From Octopus sinensis (taxonomy: Eukaryota), in contig NC_042997.1 in assembly GCF_006345805.1 (NCBI RefSeq), forward strand, positions 20,460,001-20,524,000: DNA of 64,000 nt, read 5' to 3'. The notes under the pieces were generated by a model. The model made no database searches. It was given only the letters and a program-made list of their open reading frames with translations, and was not told the DNA's origin. The position numbers were made by a program, and so were the translations under genes. Shown piece after piece: positions 26,560 to 39,150 of the stretch (the stretch's first letter is position 1; each line of letters begins with the position of its first letter).

Positions 26560-26780
26560 CCCTTTCGTTATCAACCTGGCTGAAACCGGTTCTGGTTCTG
26601 TAGTACAAATGTTTTGTTCTCATAAGTTTTGAATTAAAATCTTCCATCAAACCTTAGTGACAACTTATGTTCCTAATACTAGCTTAATGATAACTAAGTT
26701 ATTTTGCTAAATTCTTTGTTATATTTAAAATAATGGAAAGAAACACAGAGTATCTCAAAATAAATACGGTAACAAAAGGG
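26560..26780. mobile_element. piggyBac-like MITE
   Basis: TTAA at 26556-26559 and 26781-26784; TIRs ccctttcgttatc / ggtaacaaaaggg. Confidence 0.85.
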
Positions 26781-27039
26781 TTAAAGATTCAACAGAATTC
26801 ATGGATGACTGCTTCAAAGAGTGAGGTCAATTTACCAATAACAAACTTTTATTGAAAGGCAACGGAGATCACAAAACAGCCACAGAAGGAATTTGAGCTT
26901 TCAAGAATGTCACACTACCAAATACCATACATGCATACATGCACGTGAATGCATGCACACACACACATGCACATGTATACATACAAGTGCAGGCACGGCT
27001 GTGTGGTAAGAAGCTTGCTATTCAGTCACATGGTTAGTA

Positions 27040-27460
27040 AATAATAGGCAGTTGTCTATAGTTATCCTCATTGATTTTCAAAGAAACATGTTGACAGGAC
27101 ATCTGACCTCTGTGACAGTATATATTTTTCCTTGTCTATCCAAAGAACGATATCCAGCCTGTAAGGTTTACATTTGAGGAATGTTTTGATGGGAATGTTC
27201 CACCACCACTCCTTGTGTTTATGTTTGCCTATGTACTCAGTAACTGTGGGAAGGTTGTCTATATTTACTCCAGGTCAGCCTTCTTTCTAAATGGCATTGT
27301 ACTTTGATTTTCTGACAATGTTGTATCCCATGTGGGAGGAGTACCTTGATGACATTTGTGGGAAGCTGCTAATTACATGTGATGTCTTCCACAGAAATAT
27401 GACGTAATTTACGTTTTTGGTTGCATCTTGGAATTCCAAAGGCTTCTCTACAGCTTTGTC
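27040..27460 (-). pseudogene. RLE-type (R2/R4/CRE group) LINE C-terminal fragment: CCHC knuckle and PD-(D/E)xK nuclease
   Basis: With frameshifts: VEDITHVISSFPQMSSRY...YNAI...EYIGKHKHKEWWWNIPIKTFLKCKPYRLDIVLW...TEVRCPV...EDNYRQL. Confidence 0.65.
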
Positions 27461-27996
27461 AGGAAGATTTGGCTACTCTTTCTAGCAACTCGAGCGACCA
27501 GATAAAGGATCTCTCGTTGCTTCATCTCGTTCCCTTTATCACTTGTTTTGTCCCGAGTTGGATCTGATTGAAGAGATAATGATCAAAGACGTCCCAACTG
27601 TGACCATTCTGTCTTTCTTCCCAGACATAATGGACTCTGCGTGTATATCACAGGATAGAGGGTTTTCTATTCTGTATATAAAAAAAAGTTTGGCTACTTT
27701 TTCTAGCAGGTGATGCAACCACATACAGGCTCCGTCATTGGTCTGTCTCAGTAATAATTTTGTTGTTATTTAGCCTCAAATCAACCTTAATACAACAAAC
27801 CTGCATTGCTATAAAGGCATCTCTGGCTACTAAAGAAGGATTGTTTTAGGGGAGTGGACCCAGAAGTTGTTGTTCACAAACAGCAGCAGTAATTTTCTTC
27901 GCTGAATATATGTCGTTGATTGGTTAAAATTAACCAAATATGACAACTTTATCACAAAATAACTTCTAAAGTACAAAATTTGTCAAAAACGTTAAG

Positions 27997-28359
27997 AGTA
28001 TCCAAAGTTTCGAAGTGTTTAGTTAAAAAAAAATTAATTAAAAAATCTGACCATCAAATTGAAAAGATCCCAAGTATAATATTCAATTAATAGAATTAAA
28101 ATATGTATTTCATCGTAGTTATACACTCAAATACTTAGATAAGTTTCAGCTGAAGTTGGTCCAGACCATGTCTAATTTAATAGCCAGCTCTTGGGCACTA
28201 TAGCCCATTTGAGCAGAGAGTTATTGTTTTTAGAGACACATCTGGTATTTGTTGGAGGTAATCATCTAGGGTCCGTTTGAATGCTGTGAAATCACTTTAT
28301 ATTTTAAGACAATTAAATGTTTAATTGTTTTAAAGGCAGTACCAAGCTACAAACAATTC
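27997..28359 (-). repeat. Inverted copy of 31504-31882; contains a CR1-like LINE 3' end
   Basis: Collinear reverse complement over ~360 bp; lacks the 19-bp caagccacccacacccaga segment, which is bounded by ccaga microhomology. Confidence 0.9.
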
Positions 28360-28554
28360 ATTGGGGAATCCTGCATGCAATTGCTTATCCTGTCAAAAGT
28401 TATGATCTAATCTCATTTGAATTGTGTTCTACCCTCTTGAAAAAAGGAAAGGCTCATTGGACAAAGTTCAGAGATAAAATGCTCATGGCTCAGTTATCTT
28501 CAGTCGTACAAGAACTCAATTAGTTTGGACTTTATATACATATATATATATATG

Positions 28555-28950
28555 CAGTCTTCTATCTGGCACACTGCATCTAATTTCTCTTATGCAAAAC
28601 TTTTCTCTCAACACACTAGCACTTTGTTGCACATGTAGACTGACATTGCACATCCAACAGAGCATACCATTTTCATTCCTCTCTAGTCTTTGCATGTCCT
28701 CTGCATTCAGAGTTCACACCTCACTACCACATAACATTGCAGTTTGTACATATACATACAATCTTCATTTTATTTAGAGAGAGAGAGAGAAAGAAAGAGA
28801 GAGAGAGAGAGAGAAAGAGAGAGAAACCTTTGATTGCCAACAGTGGTAAAAGTTCTCTGAACTTTCTCCATCTTATTCTTATTCTAGCAATTACATTTTA
28901 GGTATATCCTTCTCTGCTGCTAATTAGGTCACCTAGGTAGCAGAAATTAT
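28555..28950 (-). mobile_element. RTE LINE ORF fragment (inverted part of a composite insertion)
   Basis: NFCYLGDLISS...ARIRIRWRKFRELLPLLAIKGFS[(CT)n]...AEDMQRLERNENGMLCWMCNVS; same family as 63846-64000. Confidence 0.85.
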
Positions 28951-29720
28951 GAAGGAGATGACATAGGATGAAGATATATATCGCATTGTTGTACTCAAGA
29001 AGACCCACTTACCACAACAAAATTGATATCCTAAAACCATTTTGGTTACACTTATCCATGCGGAGTTCTGCCCCATCATCCACTTTTCATCTCGTAATAC
29101 CTATTACATCTTCTATCTCCTGTCAGCAGAATAGGCACATTCCATACCCTTCGACTTTCTTAGTTATCTTCTCTCCCTCCAATTACCTTCTTCCCTTACC
29201 TACTATCTCCAGCAGTCATCTCCTTTCTACACCTTTTCCTTTATGTGCCTTCTCTCCTCTCCCTGTGATTTCTCCATCATCAGCTCCTTGCTTGCTTGTT
29301 ATCACCCAATGCCTTCATACATTTATTGCAACCCCCAGCCCCGAGCCTTTCCTATATTTCTCTTCATCATTCACCTCATCCTGCTCATTTCACCTCATCC
29401 TGCTCATTCCCCAGCCCAGTACCCCCAACGTCCTTGGAGGGCATGTTCTGATACATCCCCACTATCATTTCTCTCACTATCACTCCCTTCATCTTACTCT
29501 CTCCAGCTCACTCTCCTTTGTTTTTCCAACTGGAGTGTCCATGTATCTACTCTGCAGCATGATAACTATATCTGTCCCCTTTATACCTTAAATCTCTCCA
29601 CTGGCACAAAGCTACACCCCAACAAAACTATTTACCCACCTCCTTGTTGAGGAATCTTTGTCTTGCAAGGTACATCAGGATCCTTTTGGTGCTGGTACCA
29701 CATACAAATCACTAGGGCTG
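28951..29720 (+). mobile_element. RTE ORF end plus long C/T-rich 3' UTR
   Basis: KEMT*DEDIYRIVVLKKTHLPQQN* resembles the EEMT.DR..WR.AVLEKT ORF-end module of other RTE copies here; ggtgctggtaccac near 29690 resembles RTE 3' UTR. Confidence 0.55.
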
Positions 29721-30789
29721 CTCATGAATTTATCAGTTCCTATAAAATCACCCAACTAGTGCACAAGAACCTGCAAGGGTGCATCCGTGATGCAAAAAAA
29801 TAAAATATCTTCAATTAAATCAGTTTTCAGGTATTTAGCTTACTCCCATTTAACTCTTATTGTTTAAGCTGTTTCTTTTTCTTCAATACGAGAGTTAGAG
29901 ATTTCATTAATGAGTGATTTCAAATTTTAATCTGGTGGAGTGAGTTCCAAACACCTGATAGTTAAGTTGTCAGGCCCTCAGATATAAAGTCAACAAATAG
30001 ATTCCTAGATCGTGCATTGTGTTGTATTCTTGGATAAGGCATTTAATTTCGAATTGCTCCTGACTATTCAGTTAAAATTGTACTGCATTTTCTGCAGAGT
30101 CACTTCTTACAATCTATGTACCAAAAATCTTGAAAAATACAAGATTTCAGTTGCTCTTGTCAATAGCTACAGTACACTAAAAGAGGATGATGATGATAAC
30201 GATGACGACATGATGACAACGATGATGACACTGATGACTGATCACAATGACGATAGCAACAATGACAATGATGATGAAGATGATTACACTAATAATGATG
30301 ACATCATTGTCCACTCCTACTTGTAATCACTGGTCTATAAATCATGAGTTGAATTCTTATCAGCCAGTCAAACTGAGGTACATAAATTTATGGTGCCCTC
30401 CCCAGTCATACATAATATAATAGTTGTAGAGAATATTGAATGTGTCAGTTCCTAACAACACTATGTTTATGTTTTAATCAATTTTTTTTTCCTGTGTATT
30501 AGTAATGTCTCAAAAGATATCTTAAATCAAGAAACTATTTTCTCACATCAGTTAAAAACTATCAATCAATCAAACTTATTCCAACATATTTTTAATGTTC
30601 TTAATTTATGCAAGATATTTCTCCTTCTTGTTTTGATATTACTCCTTTCTGGTTTGATATTTTAAAACAATTTTTTAAGGGAAAATCTAGTTTGAAATAT
30701 TGAACTCTCAAAGCAGGTTTCTTTAAAAATTATGTTGTAATTTTTCTATTTCTTTCTTTCGTGTTTAAGATACTTCATAAAATAAAAAA

Positions 30790-30975
30790 ATACGTGTGCA
30801 CTTGATATTCCCTAGAAATACCAGCGAGTCCTTCCTCAAACTACACCCCCACCATATTATAAATGAAACAACATATTAGACACGGTAGTCCTGATATAAA
30901 ATAAAGCAAGGTGGACAGAGTTGGAAATCCTTTGCTCATAGGTCTGCTAAATAAAGACTGGGACTAAACAACAAC
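30790..30975 (+). mobile_element. Family E repeat with (AAC)n-like tail
   Basis: ctagaaataccagc...cctttgctcataggtctgct...ctaaacaacaac. Confidence 0.6.
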
Positions 30976-31503
30976 ATTTAAAAGAACAGACATCTCCCTA
31001 GTAACTGACTCACTACACACAGATGTATCTCTATCAATTTTTACATTTATATTAAAGGGTTCAAATCATAGTTGACTTTGATACAAACCGATTTTGTCTG
31101 AAAAGAATCTACAAGTATATTGTCTCATTAAAAGTCGCTAAGATGGGCTTTCAAGTATATTCTTCTATCTAAAAATCCATAAGTTATAGAAAATGGACCT
31201 TAGTTTTAAAGATGAATGCAAATAACCACCATATGTGTTATATAGAAGAGGAAGCCTTTCTTGTATAACTATATTACATAAACATCCCCTAACAACCTAG
31301 CTCTGCTAAATATTTATCTACATTTAGCTGTATTGCTTTCTTAAGTGTTTCACTATATCAAGTGATGTTTTTTTGTGCTAGTTTCCTACACTTGACTATA
31401 GGTGAGGTCTCCTTTTACTCCACCTGAATTGAAGGTTCTAAATAACATCATGAGTTTTCTCCTTCTCTGACTAAATAATACACCCCTCCAAAGTCTAACG
31501 AAG

Positions 31504-31882
31504 AATTGTTTGTAGCTTGGTACTGCCTTTAAAACAATTAAACATTTAATTGTCCAAAATATTAAGTGATTTCACGGCATTCAAATGGTCCCTAGATGAT
31601 TACCTCCAACGAATACCAGACAAGCCACCCACACCCAGATATGTCTCTAAAATCAATAACTCTCTGCTCAAATGGGCTATGATGCCCAAGAGCTGACTAT
31701 TAAATTAGATACGGCCTGGGCCAACTTCAGCTGAAACTTATCTAAGTATTTGAGTGTATAACTACGATGAAATACATATTCTAATTCTATTAATTGAATA
31801 TTATACATGGGATCTTTTCAATTTGATGGCCAGATTTTTAAATTATTTTGTTTTAACTAAACAGTTTGAAACTTCGGATACT
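31504..31882 (+). repeat. Composite repeat containing a CR1-like LINE 3' end; inverted partner of 27997-28359
   Basis: FKWSLDDYLQRIPDKPPTPRYVSKINNSLLKWA followed by ggcctgggccaacttcagctgaaacttatctaagta. Confidence 0.85.
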
Positions 31883-31899
31883 GGTAGAATGCATCACAT

Positions 31900-32700
31900 A
31901 GAACAGGGTTTACTCTTTGATACTACCAACCTACACCTTTCTATTTCTTACTCCAAATTTTTCTTCAGACAGCTAAAACCAGCCACCATACTACTTGGAA
32001 AACTTACACAAAGATAAAACCATGATGGTATCAACAACAAAACATTCCTATGTTCTCCATTCTACCGCTGACATCAGAAAAGCATAATGGCTCTGTAAAC
32101 CCACTTATAATCAAAATACTAAACACTTCCTTAAGAAACTATACAAGGCCTATGAAGTATTCAACAGCAGCTTATAAAATATAAATTTTATCCAGAAGAG
32201 CAACATAAAGATCTTTTCTTTCAGCAGATACCTGTGCTTGTCCCTCTAGCATACTTTAGCTTATCAACACTTTGCATAAAGCTGACACCACTTCTCAAAT
32301 ATTCTCTTCTCAAATATTTTCTTCCAGTTCTCTCCTTGTCTTGCCTACCCAAGCTTTCATGAAACTCAGCTCTATATAAAGATGAGATCATACTTACCTC
32401 CTCACAAAAACACACATCTGTTGCTACACATCTACTCCAACCCTACCTCAGCCACCTAGAATTCTCGTTCAAAATAAATACACAAAAAGTAGCAACTACC
32501 AAATCCACCATCTATCTCCGTGTCTGACAGCAACATCAAACAGCATCAAAATACAACCATCACATTCATTAAAATTAATATATCATACAGATAAGAAAAA
32601 AATACAAGGAATTACCTAAAGCACTTCTACAACATTGACAGCACAACATAGAAAACATAGTAAAGAAAATGCAAGCACTCTAAGGTCCACTTAGCCATGC
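31900..32700 (+). pseudogene. Highly decayed LINE RT (Jockey/I group)
   Basis: Fragments TILLGKLTQR, ADIRKA...SVNPLIIKILNTSL and LYKDEIILTSSQKHTSVATHLLQPYLSHL resemble RT motifs (DISKAFD, YADD...LQPYL) in the expected order. Confidence 0.45.
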
Positions 32701-33714
32701 CATGTTTTGTCAACACACTGAAACAGAAATACTAATCTATAAGGAACTTATTTGATCAATCACATATATTATACTAGCCTTATTGAGCACTTAAGTGTGT
32801 CGCTATGACTGTTAGCCACAGGCCTAGCTTTGGAGTTTATAAATTCACTTCACAGTTACGTGTTATTAGATTACTTCTCATTAGATGACATTTTAGGTAA
32901 GTGTCTTTTATTAGTCTCATGTTGATCAAAGCCTTCTGTTTTCAGTAACCTATGACACAAGTCAGTTCTTATAAAATAGACCTATGATAAAAGGCATATG
33001 AGTGGTAACTATTTCTTTTCTGAGAACCATATTATCCAATGTAAACTGTTTTAACTGAATCATGGAGGTTGATTTGAGAGAAATTTGGCAGCTGTATGTG
33101 TCATAAATTTTTGAAATTGAAACTGACTGAAGCTAAAAAAAAATACCAACCACAACTGACAAATTATGCATCATAGGTCTGTTTAATCAACTAAACCATT
33201 ATGTGTCATAGGCCTGCCTAATAAGACCTGATGGTGTTAAATACCAAAAATTTAAATATATATCTATGTTAGCTATTTTACACTAATCTATTGCCTATTT
33301 CGTTATCATCACCACTTGGATGTCTTTAATGAAGTACATCCTGTCACAAGCTTTCAGACCAGGTCTCCAAACCAAGGATATGTTTGTTTCACTAAATCTG
33401 GGCACAATGATACATTAACTGATACACTAAATATGATATATGTCAATAAATAAGCATGTGTTAACCCTTGTGACATAGCTTAACTTATCAGCTATAACAG
33501 CCATATTGGCTTCTTCTGTCTTTAAAATGCAAGGAAGGATAATATAGTTGAATTATTTAGTTTGATAAAAACATTGTCTGAAAAAGGTGAGATGGTCATG
33601 ACTAAAATGCCTTTGATCATAGGATCTGATCATTTAAAACTAACCTGGGTTTCAATAACTAGATCTAGTTCACTATACTCGAGTTTAACACTAAATGCAC
33701 AGTGAGTCAAGGAG

Positions 33715-33900
33715 GGGTCCTTTATGGTTACTCAATTTACTAGAAATAGCAAACAAACATGGTTCATATCACACCTTGTCATCTTTTAAAACTAGAAAGA
33801 ATGTAGTTCTATGTAGTTTGAAAAAGTAGAATGGTCATGGCTGGAATGCTTGTAACTGTGATTCTATTAGTCCAGAATTGATCTGGGATTAAACAACAGA
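33715..33900 (+). mobile_element. Family E repeat (further partial copies at 32950-33100 and 33530-33660)
   Basis: ctagaaatagc...tcacacc...ggtcatggctggaatgc...taaacaac. Confidence 0.55.
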
Positions 33901-35032
33901 AACAGCTTTTGACCTACCTAAATTTGCCATACTATACTCAGTAGTAGTTAGTTATTTCATTACAGCTGAATGCTTTTAACTGGATCATTGTAAATGATCA
34001 CACCTATAATTTGTACAAAAGCAATACGTTTCATACTAAGTTGTTATATTTGCTTCTTTTTCATACCTATTCAATTAATTCTAACTTTTAACATCAAAAT
34101 TTCCTATCCATCATAATACATACATAATATATCATTCTCATTTACTTTGATTTTCTTTATTTTATATATTACAGTATTTAAAACAGACTTTTATATTTCT
34201 ATCTTTATATTTCTAGTTATTTTTAACATCACACATTTTTATTCTGAACTTTAAACCTTTAGACAATTATGGTTTCTGGTTAATTCTTTAACTTATCGCA
34301 AGAAAGAAAAATGAAGCTCTATATAATTACCTCAAGGAAGTACTAAAATCAGCGATGAAAATATATGGGAAATTTAGAACAGAGAATGACATTAAATTGA
34401 TTTCCCTAGATACATATAGTAACATAGAAAACAAGGCAAAACAAAGTCAAGAACATTACTTTGAATAAAGGTTAAAATAAGAGTAGAATTGACTATTCGG
34501 TGTGAAAACAAATGATAGACTTTGACAGGTTATAATTCTCAAGGGTTAAGAAAGTATACAACTGTACTTTTTCAGCCAATGAAAAGTGAAGAAATATTTA
34601 TATCAAACAATTCTCTATCCGATATTAGATCTATAATTATTTTTGATGAATCACTGATTATCATTGAGTTGAAAATGAAAGTGATAGCTGAGATTTGTAT
34701 CCATGAAAGTTCACCAGCTAAAAACAGAAGGTATAGCTTCTCTACATTAATTATATATCAGGATTTCAACTATTTCATACCAGTGAAATGAGGAATGAGG
34801 TGTTCATTTTCCTTCTTCTTACTTTATTGTTTTTACTTCGAAGAAAACTTTTTAAAATAACTATTAAGTAACAATAAGAAGTTTGAAAAGTAGTTAACTT
34901 TATTCACAGACGCAAATAAAGAAATCAATATAAATTCACAATAAAGTTATTTCAAGCTTTAATATAAATAATGTGTATGTATTTATATATCTGCTCACAT
35001 ACACACTTGAACACACAATTTATATATATGTG

Positions 35033-35094
<62 letters not shown>

Positions 35095-35095
35095 T

Positions 35096-35380
35096 AAGGG
35101 ACGACCACTAAGTGGACATCCAATATGCTAGAAAATCACCTACGATCTAACCACCAGAACTGGTCTTTGCTGAATTTCTCTAGAGAACATTCTTTTCTTC
35201 GTGGTTAGATCGTAGATGATCTTCTTCTAGCATATTGGATATCCACTTAGTGGTCATCTCTTATTGTATGCATGTATTACAATTTTTCTGAATTTTCAGA
35301 TTCTTCTATATGCTAGGCTACTGGTTTTAAATTGATGTTAATTAAATTAATATTCAATTTATCACCCTCATTATTTAAAT
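35096..35380. repeat. Foldback element between two (TA)n tracts
   Basis: Arms 35096-35154 and 35201-35262 (gaccactaagtggacatccaatatgctagaa...ctacgatctaaccac and its reverse complement). Confidence 0.88.
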
Positions 35381-35975
35381 TATATATATATATATATATA
35401 TGCATATTTATGTGTATATATATATATATATATATACACACACAAATATTGATGCTTATTTGTATATTGAGATATAATGAAAACAATTTTACATTAAACT
35501 GAAGAATTACTCAATACTTTACTATACAGTACATATTTATTTTACAATTAAGAGGAGTGTGGTGACAGGGACTTCAGAGTGTCGGTCTGCTAGCCTCCAA
35601 TGAACTATGATGGAAGTTTAGCAGGGCAAAACTTCGAAGTTGTTGTCACCTTACTTCTTGTACATGCATAATGTATATATGTGTGTGTGTTTGTGTGTGT
35701 ATGTGTGTGTGTGTATGTATATATGTATATACACCCACACACACATACACATGCACATATATGTATGCATCTCTATATAGCCTTCTCTAGTGGTATGAAC
35801 AGACAAGGAAAGGGCTGTTCTACTCTCTTAACTCCCTAGAACGTAAGTTTGGTATAGTGACCAAACTTACTATATTAGATATTTAGACAGATATAGATAT
35901 ATACATATACATGTATGTATGTATGTATGTATGTATGTATGTATGTATGTATGTATGTATGTATGTATGTATGTA

Positions 35976-37246
35976 TTAGGTTGTCTCACATGAAATGTCA
36001 CATTTGAAAAAGGAAACATTAAAACTATCTTTTAAGTTTTAGAATATTTAGTTATTAATGATAATCAAAATATGATCCTATTTCATTTATGACCTTCATC
36101 TAACGTTCTTCTAAGGTATATATTTCGTCTTCCAAGAATTTGTCATCTTTTACACTGATAAACTGTTTGAATGCTTCAATTAGCACTTCTTTATTCAAGA
36201 ATGTTTTATTGCGTTTAACAAGCTTGAATTGTTTAAATATGTGATAATCAGTAGGAGAGATATCAGGTGAATAAGGAGGATGTGCCAAAATTTCATAATT
36301 CAGGTTTTGCAACTTGTGGGCCTTAGCTTGAGAAGCATGAGACCATGCATTATCATGAAGCAAAATTGGGCCATCTCTATTCACTAAGCTGGGTTGCTTC
36401 TTTTGTAATTTTTCATGCATACAATCAATTTCCTGACAATAAGATGCTGCTTTTACAGTTTTTCCTTGTTGCAAAAAATGAATAACGAATAACCCCTTTT
36501 GTTGACTACCATACAGTGACCATCAACTTTTGAGGGTGCAATGGTGGTTTTGGGTAGTGTTTTGGTGACTCTCCTGCATCTAACCACTGTTCTATCCTCC
36601 TGCTGTTATCAAAGAGTATCCATTTCTCATCTCATGTAATGAGTCGATACCAAAATGGTTCTCTTTCCAAACAAGAAATCAATATGGAACACACTGTAAG
36701 GCGCCCGTTTCTTTGAATCTCCTTAAGTTGATGGGGAACAAACCTACCCATCTTTTTGACTTTTCCAATATTCTTCAAGTGTCGGGAAGCAGTTGCAGGA
36801 GATGTCTGGAACTCTGATCCAATTTTTCGGACTGTTGTTCTCGGATTTCATTTAACCAAAGCATTCAATTCATCATGCCGAATAACTGAGTTTGGTCATC
36901 TTCTTGATTCTTTTTTAAGGCTTTCATTTCCTGAATGAAATCTCTGGAACCATCTCTAAACAGTTCTAATGTCAACAGAATCATTACCAAAAGCCTGCTG
37001 ATGTTTTGCCGAGCTTTGGTGGCAGAGCAACCCAACTTGTATTCATACAAGAAAATCACTTGGTATTGTTCAGTTGTCAACATTGTCATAAGAGCTGTGA
37101 GTAGCAATTTTGAATAATAGTATCATCTAGAAAGAAAAGGAGCTAAGAGTAAACACAAGCATGTACATAGAAACTCATTAAAAATCCATTTACAGATGAC
37201 TCATAAGAAACCCATTTAAAATACGACTTATCATGAGACAACTTAA
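35976..37246 (-). mobile_element. Full-length (~1.27 kb) mariner (DD34D) transposon, inactive
   Basis: TIRs ttaggttgtctca / tgagacaacttaa; TA on the left flank and CA on the right; encloses a transposase pseudogene. Confidence 0.93.
36056..37083 (-). pseudogene. mariner transposase pseudogene
   Basis: MLTTEQYQVIFLYEYKLG...; FVPHQL (WVPHEL motif); IT*DEKWILFDN; LHPQKLMVTVW; LLHDNAWSH; HPPYSPDISPTDYHIF. Stops and frameshifts. Confidence 0.93.
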
Positions 37247-37278
37247 CATTTACATATCTATACTTAAACACATACACA

Positions 37279-37401
<123 letters not shown>

Positions 37402-37402
37402 C

Positions 37403-37438
<36 letters not shown>

Positions 37439-37483
37439 CTATATACACATATATATTTATTCATATATATATATATTTATATA

Positions 37484-38237
37484 CTGTAAAAACCCATGTA
37501 ATTTATGCCCTTTATTCACAAAATAAACTTTAGTGGGTGCATAAATTACACGAGTAGATTGTTTCCAGAATTTTTTTGAAATTTGTTTTGTTGCAAAAAG
37601 AGGTACAAAACGGGAAAATTCATATTGGAAGTTAACTCATTTAATGTCAGAATAGATTTTTATAGAAAAATAATAATGGCTTAAATACACATAATAAAGT
37701 TGACATTTATCTAAGCTGGACGGTATAATGCTTACTTTTCCTTCATCTGTTGGTTGTGTAAAGTGCCATCCAAGATAATATTTATTGGTAATTAAACTTG
37801 ATTTGCAATACCTGTGCATATTTATCAGCTTTGTTTTTGTTGGTAATTCTTATCAACTACTTTTCCTGTGATTGTAATTTGCGAAGACATACAACAGTAT
37901 GTTAAAGATCGGACATAATCTCTGGTGGGCAAGAAAGGTAAAATAAAGGTTATGATAAACAACACAAACACTTTTAAATTTAATAGCTTTCAATGTGATA
38001 CCTGTTAAATAGAAATTATTTTTATTTTATGAAAATTTAATAAAATCTAATCGTAGTAAGTAAGTGAAATTATGCTAAATGCAACTAAATTGAAAACCTT
38101 TTCCCCTGGCTATATCGGCAATTCTGAAAACTTTTAGGTGCGAATTTTACAGGAGTTGAAACATTTTTTAATAAATTTTATCCTGAAAATCACCTGCATA
38201 AATTATACAGGTGTGCAAATTACATGGGTTTATACAT
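37484..38237. mobile_element. pogo/Tigger-like MITE in TA context
   Basis: TIRs (ta)ctgtaaaaacccatgtaattt / aaattacatgggtttatacat; subterminal gcataaatta repeats at both ends. Confidence 0.7.
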
Positions 38238-38301
38238 ATATATGCATGTGTGTGTGCTTGTGTGTGTGTGTGTCTACACACATGCTCACACAGAAATAGA
38301 T

Positions 38302-38830
38302 ATCATCATCATCATCATCATCATCATTCAACGTCTGTTTCCCATGCTGGCATGAGTTAGATAGTTTGAGTGGAACTGTAAAGCCATAGAGCTGCAACAG
38401 GTTTCAGTCTGATTTTGGCATGGTTTCTACTGCCGGATGCCCTTCCTAATGCCAACCACTCTGAGAGTGTAATGGGTGCTTCTTACGTGCCACTGGCACG
38501 GGTGCCATTTACATGACACTGGTAACGGCCACTACTATATTTCACTTGGCTTGAGAGGTTTTCCCAAGCACAGTATATAGCTATGGTCTCGGTCACTTGT
38601 GATCACCTCCATTAGGCCCAAAACTCAAAGATCATGTTGTCTCTTACCTTCATGATGTCCAACGTTTGAAGATCATGCTACCAGCAACAGTCACAATTAC
38701 AATTTCATGGGTGCTATTTATATGACACCAACAATGTCCACAACTACAATTTCACTTGGCCTGACAAGTCTTCTCAAGCAGGACATATCACCAAAATGTC
38801 TCTGTCGCTAGTCATTACCTCTGTGAGTCC
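38302..38830 (-). mobile_element. RTE 3' UTR with V-domain-like motif and duplicated ORF-end modules
   Basis: (cat)n...ggatgcccttcctaatgccaaccactc; module ttcacttggc...tctcaagca appears twice. Confidence 0.8.
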
Positions 38831-38842
38831 CATATATAGACT

Positions 38843-39150
38843 TGTTTTTTTTTTATGTGCCCTTTTCAAGCCTAGCCAGGCTCATGGGCCTGGTTTCTGT
38901 GGCATATGTGTTCCTCCCAGCTGGACGGGACACCAGTCCATCGCAGCATTACTTGAGAAACAGAAAGACAGAGTGAGAGAAAGTAAGGGTGAAAGGGTAC
39001 AACAGTGGTTGCCACCACCCCCTGCCAGAGCCTCGTTGCCAGCTTTTAGGTGTTTTTGCTCATTAAACACACACAATGCCCAGTCTTGGAATCGAAACTG
39101 TGATCCTCCGACTGCAAGTCCACTGCCCTAACCACCATTGCGCCTCCACT
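38843..39150 (-). mobile_element. Meta-like SINE variant with a different middle segment
   Basis: Tail nearly identical to 383-500 and head similar (gtggaggcgcaatgg...gtttcgattcc), but the central ~100 bp is unrelated. Confidence 0.75.

Noticed and set aside
28968-29650. 207-aa and 135-aa ORFs
   Set aside because: Low-complexity S/P/L/H products of a C/T-rich, stop-poor strand; better explained as a retroelement 3' UTR.
35843-35870. 11-bp perfect stem-loop as a Helitron 3' end or terminator
   Set aside because: No CTRR terminus at the expected distance, no other Helitron features, and the context is eukaryotic.
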